Both the position numbers and the translations under genes were made by a program. A DNA stretch of 64,000 bases from Bacteroidales bacterium (GTDB taxonomy: Bacteria; Bacteroidota; Bacteroidia; Bacteroidales; WCHB1-69). This document shows, piece after piece, positions 44,841-54,150 of the stretch. The notes under the pieces are model-generated. The model was not told the DNA's origin. It saw nothing but the letters and a program-made list of their open reading frames with translations, and did not search any database. The stretch is taken from NCBI GenBank assembly GCA_017962275.1, contig JAGCVQ010000028.1, positions 3,740 to 67,739 on the forward strand. The letters are read 5' to 3'. Numbering within the stretch: the stretch's first letter is position 1; every line of letters starts with the position of its first letter.

Positions 44841-44918
44841 CCTTGAGCAACCCCGAAGGGGCAAGACGCGCGAAGCGCAATTAATCCCACATAAGCGACG
44901 AAGGAGCGCAATGTGGGG
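44841..44918 (+). repeat. double-hairpin intergenic element, copy D
   Basis: CCCC-GAA-GGGG hairpin, linker, then the TCCCACATAAGCGACGAAGGAGCGCAATGTGGGG hairpin. Confidence 0.8.
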
Positions 44919-44953
44919 CAAACAGGAACAAACAATCAAATAAAAACGAAAAA

Positions 44954-45259
44954 ATGAAAGCCGTCTTCATATCATTATACCAAGCCTTCTACGATGAGGT
45001 AATGGAAATTTTGGACAAGAACGAAATCCGCGGGTTCACCTTCTGGAACGAGGTGCAAGGTCGCGGCAGCGACGACGGGGAGCCGCACTACGGCACCCAC
45101 GCCTGGCCGACACTCAATTCGGCGATAATGGCCTTCGTCGATGACGAAAAAGTGAAACCGTTGCTCCACGACATCCACGAGCTGGACGTCTCCGCCCCGC
45201 AGCAGGGCCTCCGCGCCTTCGTGCTGAATGCCGAGGAGGTCACCGACAAGGATTGCTAA
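44954..45259 (+). CDS. small P-II-fold-like transporter-associated protein (PG0541-like; assignment from memory)
   Basis: 101 aa with a beta-alpha-beta pattern and the RGFTFWNEVQGRGS motif. It follows the RND pump. Confidence 0.5.
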   Translation: MKAVFISLYQAFYDEVMEILDKNEIRGFTFWNEVQGRGSDDGEPHYGTHAWPTLNSAIMAFVDDEKVKPLLHDIHELDVSAPQQGLRAFVLNAEEVTDKDC

Positions 45260-45267
45260 GATTTCAT

Positions 45268-45286
45268 ATCCGCGTATCGCGCGGAT
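45268..45286 (+). terminator. short GC hairpin after the P-II-like gene
   Basis: ATCCGCG/CGCGGAT stem with no T tract. Confidence 0.3.
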
Positions 45287-45340
45287 CTGCACCTATATTA
45301 TCCTCGTGATACGTGGGATACGCGGCAAAATAGTACAAGT

Positions 45341-45403
45341 ATGATAAATATCGAAGCATTCCGTGAGTTTTGCCTGTCGTTGGGCGAGGCGGAGGAGAAG
45401 ATG
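45341..45403 (+). pseudogene. 5' remnant of an MmcQ/YjbR-family gene
   Basis: MINIEAFREFCLSLGEAEEKM resembles the conserved YjbR N-terminus. The frame then decays and stops at 45463. Confidence 0.4.
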
Positions 45404-45430
45404 ACCTGTTCCCCGTTGCCTAAAAAATCG

Positions 45431-45438
45431 TATCTTTG
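45431..45438 (+). promoter_or_regulatory. -7 promoter box TAtcTTTG
   Basis: 19 nt upstream of ATG 45457. Confidence 0.5.
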
Positions 45439-45456
45439 CCTCAAAAATATAATCCT

Positions 45457-46566
45457 ATGAAAAAAGCACTGACAATCAGCATTTTGTTAATAATATGTTG
45501 GATGGGATCCCTCTCCGCGCAAATCCAGCATTTTCCTTGGCAGGGCGTGGAACGCGAATACCTCATCCGCACTCCTGCCAATCACGACGGCTCATTGCCC
45601 GTGCTCTTCTTCCTGCACGGGTTGGGCGACAACATCACCAATTGCGACCAGGAGTTCCACTTCGGCCAGATAGCCGAGGAGTTCGGGTGGGCGATTGTGG
45701 TGCCGCAGGCTCGCAACCAAGGCATCGGCACCATGTGGAACGCCGGACTGATGAGCAGCACTATCGATGATGCCGGGTTCCTGATGGCCCTCCTCGACTC
45801 GCTAACGGTCCAGTATCAGCTCGACCCCGACAGCGTCTTCTTTACAGGATTTTCGATGGGAGGATTCATGTCGCATCGCATGGCCATCGAGCATGGCGAC
45901 CGCATCACCGCCTGTGCGCCCGTGAGTGGACTGATTACCAACGTGGATGCCGCGCAGACGCCCGTCGCGCCTGTGCGGATGCTCCACATCCACGGCACCA
46001 GCGACAATGTGGTGGGCTATAACGGATACTCTTCTGTTTTCGGTATGAACCTTGGTCTCGGGGTAGATGCCATCCTTGATTATTGGCAGAATGCCAACGG
46101 CTGCACTGGCGAACCCGCCATCGACACCCTTCCTAACCTTAAGAACGACGGGCTGCGTTTCATACGCTATACATACAACTGCGGCACCGACCTGCAACAT
46201 TTGAAAGTCGTGGGTGGCACCCATAACTGGTATGATGTAAACCACAATGATATCGGATACAAAGAGGTTATTTACGAATTTTTCACTGGACACAGTCTCC
46301 CGTCAAGCGTTCCAGACCGTAAGACAGGCTATCTGCAGGTCTGGCCTAACCCCACAAACGGCATCCTCAACATCCAGAATGCGGATCCCGATGCTTCGGG
46401 AATCCAGGTGTTCGACATGAATGGTAATATGGTGGATGTTATTGTAGGGGTGAATAATGATTCGCCCCTACAGACCGTACAAATCAACCTCTCCCGCTAC
46501 CCTGACGGCGTCTATTTCGTGCAGACAGGGGACGGAACGGTGGCAAAGGTGGTGGTGAAACGGTAA
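45457..46566 (+). CDS. secreted esterase of the PHB-depolymerase/CE1 (LpqC-like) family with T9SS C-terminal domain
   Basis: Signal peptide, VLFFLHGLG, the GFSMGG nucleophile elbow, and a CTD (VWPNPTNGILNI...VYFVQTGDG). Confidence 0.8.
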   Translation: MKKALTISILLIICWMGSLSAQIQHFPWQGVEREYLIRTPANHDGSLPVLFFLHGLGDNITNCDQEFHFGQIAEEFGWAIVVPQARNQGIGTMWNAGLMSSTIDDAGFLMALLDSLTVQYQLDPDSVFFTGFSMGGFMSHRMAIEHGDRITACAPVSGLITNVDAAQTPVAPVRMLHIHGTSDNVVGYNGYSSVFGMNLGLGVDAILDYWQNANGCTGEPAIDTLPNLKNDGLRFIRYTYNCGTDLQHLKVVGGTHNWYDVNHNDIGYKEVIYEFFTGHSLPSSVPDRKTGYLQVWPNPTNGILNIQNADPDASGIQVFDMNGNMVDVIVGVNNDSPLQTVQINLSRYPDGVYFVQTGDGTVAKVVVKR

Positions 46567-46650
46567 ATGTTTTTCTTGTCCGATTCTCGTCACACCCTCG
46601 CCACACTCCCCCTCTTCTCTCGTTTTTGTTTCGCTCGTTCTTCGCCCGCG

Positions 46651-46705
46651 AGCGACAGAAGAGCGACAGAAGAGCGACAGAAGAGCGACAGAAGAGCGAC
46701 GCAAT
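46651..46705. repeat. 11-bp tandem repeat AGCGACAGAAG, four perfect units plus one partial
   Basis: Read directly. It lies between convergent genes. Confidence 0.9.
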
Positions 46706-46721
46706 AGCGTGTCAGATACGG

Positions 46722-47615
46722 TTAACAGCCGACGGTCAACAGCCGTTGGATTTCTTCCTGCAGTTTTTCTGACACGGGCACGAGCGGCAACCGCAACACG
46801 TTGTCTGTCAGCCCTTGTGCGGACATGATGGCTTTCACGCCGGCGGGACTGCCTTCCTTGAAGCAATCGACGGTGAGCGGGACGAGCTGCTGGTGGATGG
46901 TACGCGCTTCGTCGAGGCGGTTCGCCAGGATGTGATGCACCATGTCGGCCACTTTCTTCGGGAAGGCGTTGGCCATCACGGAGATGAGTCCGTCAGCACC
47001 GGCGGCCATGAGCGGCAGCGTGAGAAGGTCGTCGCCGGAAATCACTATGAAGCCCTCGGGCCGTTTGGCAAGCAATTGCAGGATCTGCTTCATCATGCCG
47101 GATGCCTCCTTGATGCCGACCACGTTGGGACACTCCTCCGCGATGCGCAGCGTGGTGGCCGCCTCCAGGTTGCAGGAGGTGCGGCTGGGCACGTTGTAGA
47201 GGAACACCGGCATGTCGGTGGCGGCGGCAAAGGTCTTATAGTGAGCGATTAAGCCCGCCTGCGACGGTTTGTTGTAGTAGGGGGTCACCGTGAGGATGGC
47301 ATCCACGTCGAAGGCGGCGAGATGTTCCAATTTGCGGATCATGAACTGCGTGTTGGGACCGCCCAGACCGACCATCACTGGCAGACGTTTGGCGTTGGTT
47401 TCCAAGATACAGCGCAAGATGTCGTCCTTCTCCGGCGGGGCGAGGGTGGGGTATTCGCTGGTGGTACCCAAGGCAAGCAGGTAATCCACCCCGTTGTCAA
47501 TCACGCGGTTAACCAGCTCCGATAGACGGTTGAAATCGATTTTGCCGTCTTCGCTGAAAGGGGTGATCAGGGCCACGCCTAATCCTTTGAAAGCTTTTTG
47601 CATGTCTGTTCTCAT
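46722..47615 (-). CDS. dapA: 4-hydroxy-tetrahydrodipicolinate synthase
   Basis: GVALITPF N-terminus, GTTSE and YNVPSRT motifs. Confidence 0.93.
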   Translation of the reverse strand: MRTDMQKAFKGLGVALITPFSEDGKIDFNRLSELVNRVIDNGVDYLLALGTTSEYPTLAPPEKDDILRCILETNAKRLPVMVGLGGPNTQFMIRKLEHLAAFDVDAILTVTPYYNKPSQAGLIAHYKTFAAATDMPVFLYNVPSRTSCNLEAATTLRIAEECPNVVGIKEASGMMKQILQLLAKRPEGFIVISGDDLLTLPLMAAGADGLISVMANAFPKKVADMVHHILANRLDEARTIHQQLVPLTVDCFKEGSPAGVKAIMSAQGLTDNVLRLPLVPVSEKLQEEIQRLLTVGC

Positions 47616-48142
47616 TTTCCGGAGAGTTTTTGGGTGTAGTTGAATGTGGAGGCAAGGAACTGGCTGTAGTTGCCGCTTTCGGTCTGGATGAAGAGGTCGT
47701 AAAGCTGCTGGTAATCGGTGCAGCTTCCGATGATGAATTTCGAGTGCGCGGTGGCGAGGATGGCTTCCACGGGCGCGTGATAGCGGTAGTTGAAGTCTAA
47801 CAGAATGTCAAAATCACGCTGTATGAAGTCGCTGACTTGCACGACGTTGGGTTCGCCGCACCAAGTGAGCTGCTTTTGGCAGAAGTAGTCGGCGGAGAGT
47901 TGTTGCAGGCAGTAGAAGGGCACGTACTTCTCGTCGATGTAGCCGATGAGGTGCACCACCTTTCCCGAGTTCTGCAACTGCGTGAAAATCCGGAAGATGG
48001 CCTTGTAGGAATCCTCGTCGGTGATTTCGCACAGCATCCCGACGGTGGCCGCGCGTTCCAAGGCGCAGACCTCCCGCATCTTGTCTGGTTTCTTGTCCAG
48101 AATGTGCTTGCGAAGGAAGTGTTTTTTGATCCGGTCAAACAT
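47612..48142 (-). CDS. conserved hypothetical protein upstream of dapA
   Basis: 176 aa starting at MFDRIKKHF. The rest of the 499-aa ORF is antisense to bamD and was rejected. Confidence 0.55.
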   Translation of the reverse strand: MFDRIKKHFLRKHILDKKPDKMREVCALERAATVGMLCEITDEDSYKAIFRIFTQLQNSGKVVHLIGYIDEKYVPFYCLQQLSADYFCQKQLTWCGEPNVVQVSDFIQRDFDILLDFNYRYHAPVEAILATAHSKFIIGSCTDYQQLYDLFIQTESGNYSQFLASTFNYTQKLSGK

Positions 48143-48188
48143 AGGAAAACGTCTTTTCAAAAGAATTGGCAAAAATACAAAAAAATAG

Positions 48189-48196
48189 TATATTTG
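48189..48196 (+). promoter_or_regulatory. -7 promoter box TAtaTTTG for bamD
   Basis: 16 nt upstream of ATG 48212. Confidence 0.5.
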
Positions 48197-48211
48197 CGCG
48201 GTTTTTTTATT

Positions 48212-49150
48212 ATGGCAAAGAAGACTTGTAACATCTTGATAGTTATAATGTTGGCCTTTGCAGTGGATGTTTATGCGACGGACTTTCGCTGCATGGGTGA
48301 CACTGTTGTCCCGAAAACGGAGGTCAGCGGCGACACCATACAGCCTGCCAATGGCAAAGCGGCGAAAGGCAAGAAGGCGAAGGCAAACAAGGGCGGCAAC
48401 AAGCGGGTCACGTTCGAAACGTTCGACCAGAACTATGCCCGTGCCATGAAATACTACAACAACCGCCAGTGGCTCTCCGCTGCCGGTCTCTTCCAGGAAC
48501 TCTATCCCCTCTCGTTGGGTACCCCCCGCGCCGACACGATTCTCTATCTCTTTGCCGACTCCTACTATCAGAACGGCGACTACAACATGGCTGCCCTCCA
48601 CTTCCGCGACTACGTGCGCCGCTACCCCAATTCCGACCGCACCGAGGATGCCTTCTTCCGCTGCATCCAGGCTGTCTATAAGACCAGTCCCGATTACGAT
48701 CTCGACCAATCCAATACCGAGTACGCCATCGAGCAGATCAAGGCGTTCGTGCAGGCCTATCCCGACAACAAGCACGTGGAGGAATGCAACCTCATGCTCG
48801 ACGATCTGCGTCTCAAGCTGGCCCGAAAGGACTTGGAAATCATGAAACTCTATTACAATACCGACCACTACGAGGCGTGCCAAATCGCGGCGAAGAACTT
48901 CTTCAACGACTACTCCTACTCCCCGCTGATGCCCGAGGCGGTCTATTATCTGGTGCTCAACAATTACGAGTATGCCCGTCGCAGCACCGAGCGCAAGAAA
49001 CCCGAACGCCTCAAAGCCACCCTCGACGCCTGCCAGAAGATGAGCCTCAACTACCCCGACAGCAAATATGTCAAGGAAACCGACAAAATCGCGCTGGATG
49101 TGGTCAAACAATTGGAAAAATACAAGAACAAATCAAATAAATCTTCATAA
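48212..49150 (+). CDS. bamD: outer membrane protein assembly factor BamD (TPR lipoprotein)
   Basis: TPR repeats, with conserved bamD-rpoZ-coaBC synteny. Confidence 0.85.
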   Translation: MAKKTCNILIVIMLAFAVDVYATDFRCMGDTVVPKTEVSGDTIQPANGKAAKGKKAKANKGGNKRVTFETFDQNYARAMKYYNNRQWLSAAGLFQELYPLSLGTPRADTILYLFADSYYQNGDYNMAALHFRDYVRRYPNSDRTEDAFFRCIQAVYKTSPDYDLDQSNTEYAIEQIKAFVQAYPDNKHVEECNLMLDDLRLKLARKDLEIMKLYYNTDHYEACQIAAKNFFNDYSYSPLMPEAVYYLVLNNYEYARRSTERKKPERLKATLDACQKMSLNYPDSKYVKETDKIALDVVKQLEKYKNKSNKSS

Positions 49151-49479
49151 TGAAAGCGTTAGAATACAAAAAATTGAAAATCGACCTGTTCGCCAAGACG
49201 AAAGACATTCGCAAGTACGACAAGGACACGGGTAACTTCTACAAGAGCATCGTCATCATGTCGAAGCGCGCCGACCAGATTGCCGCCGAGCTGAAGCAGG
49301 AGTTCCAGGAGAATTCCCATCTGCAGGCTCCGCAGGACCGTTCCGGCGAGGAAGTTTACGAGAACCGCGAGCAGATTGAGCTCTCCAAGCTTTACGAACA
49401 GCTCCCCAAGCCCACCCAGTTGGCGCTTCACGAGTTTGAGAACGGACAGATATACTTCAACGACGTAACGGATAAATAA
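49150..49479 (+). CDS. rpoZ: RNA polymerase omega (Rpb6-like) subunit
   Basis: NFYKSIVIMSKRADQI motif. The start overlaps the bamD stop. Confidence 0.75.
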   Translation: MKALEYKKLKIDLFAKTKDIRKYDKDTGNFYKSIVIMSKRADQIAAELKQEFQENSHLQAPQDRSGEEVYENREQIELSKLYEQLPKPTQLALHEFENGQIYFNDVTDK

Positions 49480-49489
49480 TCAGTCGATT

Positions 49490-50686
49490 ATGGGTAAACA
49501 TGTGGTCATCGGCATCTCGGGCGGCATCGCGGCCTACAAGACGATGCACCTTATCCGGCTGTTCAAGAAGAACGGCTGGGAGGTGCGTGTGACCGCCACC
49601 CGAAACGCCCTTGAGTTTGTGACCCCGCTGACCATCGAGACGCTGTCGCAGAGCAAGTTATACACCGACATGTTCGATGTGAACCGCGCTATGGAGGTGG
49701 AGCACATCGCGTTGGCGGAATGGGCCGACGCCCTCGTGGTGGCACCGGCCACGGCCAACATCATCGGAAAGTTCGCGCACGGCATTGCCGACGACGCGCT
49801 TTCGACCCTCTTCTTGGCTGTGAAGAAGCCCGTGTTCATCGCGCCCGCCATGAATAGCAACATGTTCGAAAACACTGTGGTTCAGCAGAATATCGGATTG
49901 CTACGCGAACGCGGTTGTCACATCCTCCTGCCGAACGAAGGTTTCCTGGCCTGCGGTACCACCGGAAGTGGCCGTATGCAGGAACCCGAGGAGATTTTCG
50001 AGCAGGTGGACGAAAAGCTTGCCAACGATCACTCCTTGGAGGGAAAGCACGTGCTGATTACCGCCGGTCCGACCTACGAACCCATTGATCCCGTGCGTTT
50101 TATCGGTAATCACTCCTCTGGCTTGATGGGCTTCTGTCTGGCTGAGGCCGCTGCCCGTAAAGGCGCGTCCGTCACGCTGGTGACCGGTCCGTCAAGTTGT
50201 ACCGCCCGTCATCCGAACATCCGTCGTGTGGATGTGAAAACGGCGGAGGAAATGTACCAGCAATGTATGCAATACGTTGACGAGCAGGATATTATCATAA
50301 TGTCTGCAGCCGTAGCCGACTATACACCCGCGCACGTTGCCCCTGAGAAAATCAAGAAGGACTTCGCGCAGTTGTCGGTCGAGTTGGTCAAGACCAAAGA
50401 CATTTTGGCCTCCGTCGGGAAAATCAAGCGCGCGGGGCAGCTGCTCATCGGTTTCGCGTTGGAGACCGAGAACGAAGTGGAGAACGCCAAGAAGAAGCTG
50501 CACAATAAAAACGCAGACCTCATCGTTCTCAACTCCCTGCGCACGGAGGGCGCCGGTTTCCGTACCGCCACCAATCAGGTGACCATTTTCGCCCGCGACG
50601 GTCACGAGTTCGCCAGCGAGCTGAAAAGCAAGCAGGAAATCGCCGAAGAGATCCTCCAAACCGCCCAGATTTATATCCAAAAATAA
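49490..50686 (+). CDS. coaBC: bifunctional phosphopantothenoylcysteine decarboxylase/phosphopantothenate-cysteine ligase
   Basis: Flavoprotein N-domain (GISGGIAAYK) plus a DFP C-domain. Confidence 0.93.
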   Translation: MGKHVVIGISGGIAAYKTMHLIRLFKKNGWEVRVTATRNALEFVTPLTIETLSQSKLYTDMFDVNRAMEVEHIALAEWADALVVAPATANIIGKFAHGIADDALSTLFLAVKKPVFIAPAMNSNMFENTVVQQNIGLLRERGCHILLPNEGFLACGTTGSGRMQEPEEIFEQVDEKLANDHSLEGKHVLITAGPTYEPIDPVRFIGNHSSGLMGFCLAEAAARKGASVTLVTGPSSCTARHPNIRRVDVKTAEEMYQQCMQYVDEQDIIIMSAAVADYTPAHVAPEKIKKDFAQLSVELVKTKDILASVGKIKRAGQLLIGFALETENEVENAKKKLHNKNADLIVLNSLRTEGAGFRTATNQVTIFARDGHEFASELKSKQEIAEEILQTAQIYIQK

Positions 50687-50697
50687 AAACCATAACT

Positions 50698-51600
50698 ATG
50701 AAACGTATTATCGGAATGCTCATCGTCCTGTTGATGACCCTCACCACCCTGAACGCTCAGGATTTCCAGTGTTCGGTGTCCATCAACTCCACGCAGGTCT
50801 CCAGCTCGGGTAACCAACAGCGTTACAATGAGTTGAGACAGAAACTATACACGTTTGTGCACGACCGCAAATGGTGTCAGTACAACCTGAAACAGAACGA
50901 ACGCATTGAGTGTTCCATCACCATCAACCTGACCAAGGAGTCGGGCGACGAGTACGAAGGAACGGCTACGTTGGTATTGCAACGTCCTGTCTATAAGGCC
51001 AGTTACAAGACCACGCTGATGAGTTTCCAAGACAAGAAAGTGAAGTTCCGTTATTCGGATGGCGATCCGTTGGAATACGACGAGAACTCCACCCTGTCGG
51101 ACCTCACCTCCCTCATCGCCTACTATCTGAACCTGTTCATCGCCGTGGAGCTGGATTCCTTCTCCCAGAACGGCGGCTCGGCTTACTTCTCCAAATGCCA
51201 GAACACCGTCAACCTGAACATGAAGGAGGTGGGCTGGAGCGTGGCGGAAAGCGGACAGAACAACCGCTACTGGATCACCGAGAACTTCACCAACAGCACC
51301 TACAGCAAAATCCACGACTTCTACTACCAGTACCACCGTCTCGGTTTGGACGTGATGTACGAGACCCCCGATGCGGGCCGTGCCGTCATCCTCGAAAGCC
51401 TCAAGCTGTTGCAGCAGGTCAACGCGCAGAAGTCCAACCTGGCGGTCGTCCGCATCATCCTGAACACCAAGAAAGACGAAATCATCAACATTTTCAAGGA
51501 AGGGATGCCGTCGGAGAAGACCCAGGTCATCAACATCATGAAGCAGATTGACCCGACCAACTCTTCGGCGTACGATGCCATTAACAGCGGATCCAAATAA
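50698..51600 (+). CDS. DUF4835 family protein (annotated in some databases as T9SS-associated PorD)
   Basis: Signal peptide. Conserved position between coaBC and recN in Bacteroidota. Confidence 0.65.
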   Translation: MKRIIGMLIVLLMTLTTLNAQDFQCSVSINSTQVSSSGNQQRYNELRQKLYTFVHDRKWCQYNLKQNERIECSITINLTKESGDEYEGTATLVLQRPVYKASYKTTLMSFQDKKVKFRYSDGDPLEYDENSTLSDLTSLIAYYLNLFIAVELDSFSQNGGSAYFSKCQNTVNLNMKEVGWSVAESGQNNRYWITENFTNSTYSKIHDFYYQYHRLGLDVMYETPDAGRAVILESLKLLQQVNAQKSNLAVVRIILNTKKDEIINIFKEGMPSEKTQVINIMKQIDPTNSSAYDAINSGSK

Positions 51601-51605
51601 TCGCG

Positions 51606-53276
51606 ATGTTAACCTCTTTGCAGATAGAGAATTATGCGATTATCCGGTCTTTGGAAATCCCGTTTCGGAAAGGTTTGACGGCGATTACCGGTGAGACCGG
51701 CGCGGGTAAGTCCATCCTGATGGGCGCCCTGTCGCTGATTCTCGGCAACCGTGCCGACACGGATGTGCTGTTCGACAAGACGCGCAAGTGCATTGTGGAG
51801 GCCGCATTCGATGTGCGGGACCTCGGTCTGCAACCCCTATTTCAGCAATATGATCTTGATTATCAGGAGGATACTATCATCCGGCGCGAAATCAACGAGC
51901 ACGGGAAGTCCCGGGCGTTCATCAACGACACGCCGGTGAACCTGAATACGCTCAAAGCTGTCGCTTCCCTGTTGGTGGACATCCATTCGCAACACCAGAC
52001 CTTGATGCTCCAGAATGCCGGTTTTCGGTTGCGGCTGATTGACCAATTCGCGCAGAATCAGGAACTTGTGTCGCAGTACCAGCGGGCTCTTCACGAATGG
52101 CAGACGCAGAAATCTGCGTTGGAGGAGTTGCGGCAGCGTTGTGCGGAGGCGGCCATGCGTTACGACTATAATCTCTACACCATCGAAGAGTTGGAAAAAG
52201 CCGCGCTGCAGCCGGACGAGCAAGCCGATATTGAGCAGAAAATCAAGGAGTTGTCGCACGCTGAGACCATCAAATCGCACCTCTATAACGCCACCCGCAT
52301 CCTGTCGGAACAGGAGGGTGACAACATATTGTCCCTGTTGAAGTCGCTTCAGCAGGAGTGCCGTGCGTTGGAGAGTATGGGAACGGAGTATGCCGCTTTC
52401 AACCAGCGCATTGACGACCTGACCGTGGAGGCGCAGGATTTGTCCTACGAGATGGCGCGGAAGAATGATGCCGTGGAGGTGAATCCCGCCCTGACCGAAC
52501 AGCTGAACGAGCGTCTGGACCTGATCTTCTCGCTGCAGAACAAGTATCACGCGGAGAACAACGAGGCTTTGCTTTCGCTTATGGAAAAGCTCCAGCAAGA
52601 GGTGGCTTCCTATACCGATGACAAAGAGCAATTGGCTGATAATGAGAAGAAAGTGAAGGAGTTGGAAACGGAGGCGCAGCGTCTGGCAGACTTGCTGTCG
52701 GCTTCCCGAAGAGAGGCGTTGCCTGCTTTGGTGAGTTCCATGGAGGAGCGCCTGCGGCAGTTGGGAATGTCGGAAAGCCGCTTCGCCGTGAATATCGAGT
52801 CGGGTGAAGAACTTCGGGAAAATGGTCGGGATACGGCCACGTTCCTCTTCAGCGCGAACCCCGGCGTCGAACCGGCTGATATTTCCCGTATCGCATCAGG
52901 CGGCGAGATGTCGCGTATCATGCTCTGTCTCAAGTCGATCATTACCGATTCCATGTACCTGCCTACCATCATTTTCGATGAGATTGACACGGGGATTTCC
53001 GGCGAGACCGCCTCGAAAGTCGGGCAGGTGATGCGTCAGCTGGCGGGCAAGCATCAGGTGATCGCCATCACGCACCTGCCGCAGATTGCCGCTTGCGGTG
53101 ACCAGCACTATCTGGTGTACAAGCAGTCCGACGACAACCGTACTTACACGAATATCAAGCCGTTGGATAAGGAAGAACGGGAGCAGATGATTGCCACGAT
53201 GATGAGCGGCGAGAGCCGTACAGAATCGGCCATTGCCGCTGCCCGCGAAATGTTAAAATCAATACAAGTGAATTAA
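51606..53276 (+). CDS. recN: DNA repair protein RecN
   Basis: Walker A GETGAGKS, a long coiled coil and a C-terminal SGGE signature. Confidence 0.93.
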   Translation: MLTSLQIENYAIIRSLEIPFRKGLTAITGETGAGKSILMGALSLILGNRADTDVLFDKTRKCIVEAAFDVRDLGLQPLFQQYDLDYQEDTIIRREINEHGKSRAFINDTPVNLNTLKAVASLLVDIHSQHQTLMLQNAGFRLRLIDQFAQNQELVSQYQRALHEWQTQKSALEELRQRCAEAAMRYDYNLYTIEELEKAALQPDEQADIEQKIKELSHAETIKSHLYNATRILSEQEGDNILSLLKSLQQECRALESMGTEYAAFNQRIDDLTVEAQDLSYEMARKNDAVEVNPALTEQLNERLDLIFSLQNKYHAENNEALLSLMEKLQQEVASYTDDKEQLADNEKKVKELETEAQRLADLLSASRREALPALVSSMEERLRQLGMSESRFAVNIESGEELRENGRDTATFLFSANPGVEPADISRIASGGEMSRIMLCLKSIITDSMYLPTIIFDEIDTGISGETASKVGQVMRQLAGKHQVIAITHLPQIAACGDQHYLVYKQSDDNRTYTNIKPLDKEEREQMIATMMSGESRTESAIAAAREMLKSIQVN

Positions 53277-53293
53277 AATCAACAAGATACATT

Positions 53294-53911
53294 ATGAAAA
53301 GAATACTCATCCTCCTTATAGCCGCGCTATTCTGCGTCAGCAGTTATGCGCAACGCCGTGAGAGTCCCGACGCCAAGTTCATCTATATGACTTCCGTGGG
53401 GTACGCTACCGGTTTGGGACAGATTGAGCTGGAAACCAAGACCGTGCAGAACCGGAATTTTGACATCTCACTGGATCAACAGCTTGGTTATCAGTTTAAT
53501 CCCTATTTCCAGATGAGTCTCGGCGCGGGTTTCGACTTTTGGCGTCACACGGCGTTCATCCCGATCTACCTGAACCTCACCGTCAATTTCACCGACACCA
53601 AAATCGAGCCGTTGTTCTACCTGAATGCGGGTTACGCCTTCAAGTGGTATGTCTCGTCGGTGCCGGAAAAGCTGGACCGAGTGGTGCACGGTACGAGAAT
53701 GGGACCGATGGGGGAGACGGGCATCGGCATGCGCATCAATCTCACCGACAAACTGTCGCTCGTGCTGGCCGCCTGCTACAAAGTCCAATACACCGACATC
53801 CGCTACACTGTCCTGCAGCCTGGCGAACAGGACTTCTCGGCTTACTCCACCAACGCCCGGAAAGATGTGCTGTACCATTACGCGGGGGTTCGGCTGGGAT
53901 TGCAGTATTAA
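53294..53911 (+). CDS. outer-membrane beta-barrel-like protein, function unknown
   Basis: Signal peptide, alternating beta-strand pattern and a C-terminal aromatic residue. Confidence 0.55.
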   Translation: MKRILILLIAALFCVSSYAQRRESPDAKFIYMTSVGYATGLGQIELETKTVQNRNFDISLDQQLGYQFNPYFQMSLGAGFDFWRHTAFIPIYLNLTVNFTDTKIEPLFYLNAGYAFKWYVSSVPEKLDRVVHGTRMGPMGETGIGMRINLTDKLSLVLAACYKVQYTDIRYTVLQPGEQDFSAYSTNARKDVLYHYAGVRLGLQY

Positions 53912-53955
53912 TTAGTAATGAGTAATGAGTAATGAGCAGTTTGTCGTTATAGATT

Positions 53956-54150
53956 ATGGAAAAAGAACTGACATATACCGCCGCTTTTGAGGAGCTGAAA
54001 GAAATCGTGGATCAGCTGGAGAACGACAGCATCAGCGTGGATGAGCTGACCGAGAAGATGAAACGTGCGACCGTGCTGATGAAAATCTGTCGCGACAAGC
54101 TGACGAAAACCGAAGAGGAGGTCAACAAAACCATCGAAGAGCTGTCGTAA
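53956..54150 (+). CDS. xseB: exodeoxyribonuclease VII small subunit
   Basis: 64 aa with the FEELKEIVDQLE...ISVDEL motif. Confidence 0.85.
   Translation: MEKELTYTAAFEELKEIVDQLENDSISVDELTEKMKRATVLMKICRDKLTKTEEEVNKTIEELS

Noticed and set aside
48143-49111. The 5' two-thirds of the 499-aa minus-strand ORF 47612-49111
   Set aside because: This part is antisense to bamD and compositionally a shadow frame. Only the last 176 codons (from MFDRIKKHF, preceded by an intergenic gap shared with the bamD promoter) look like a real gene.
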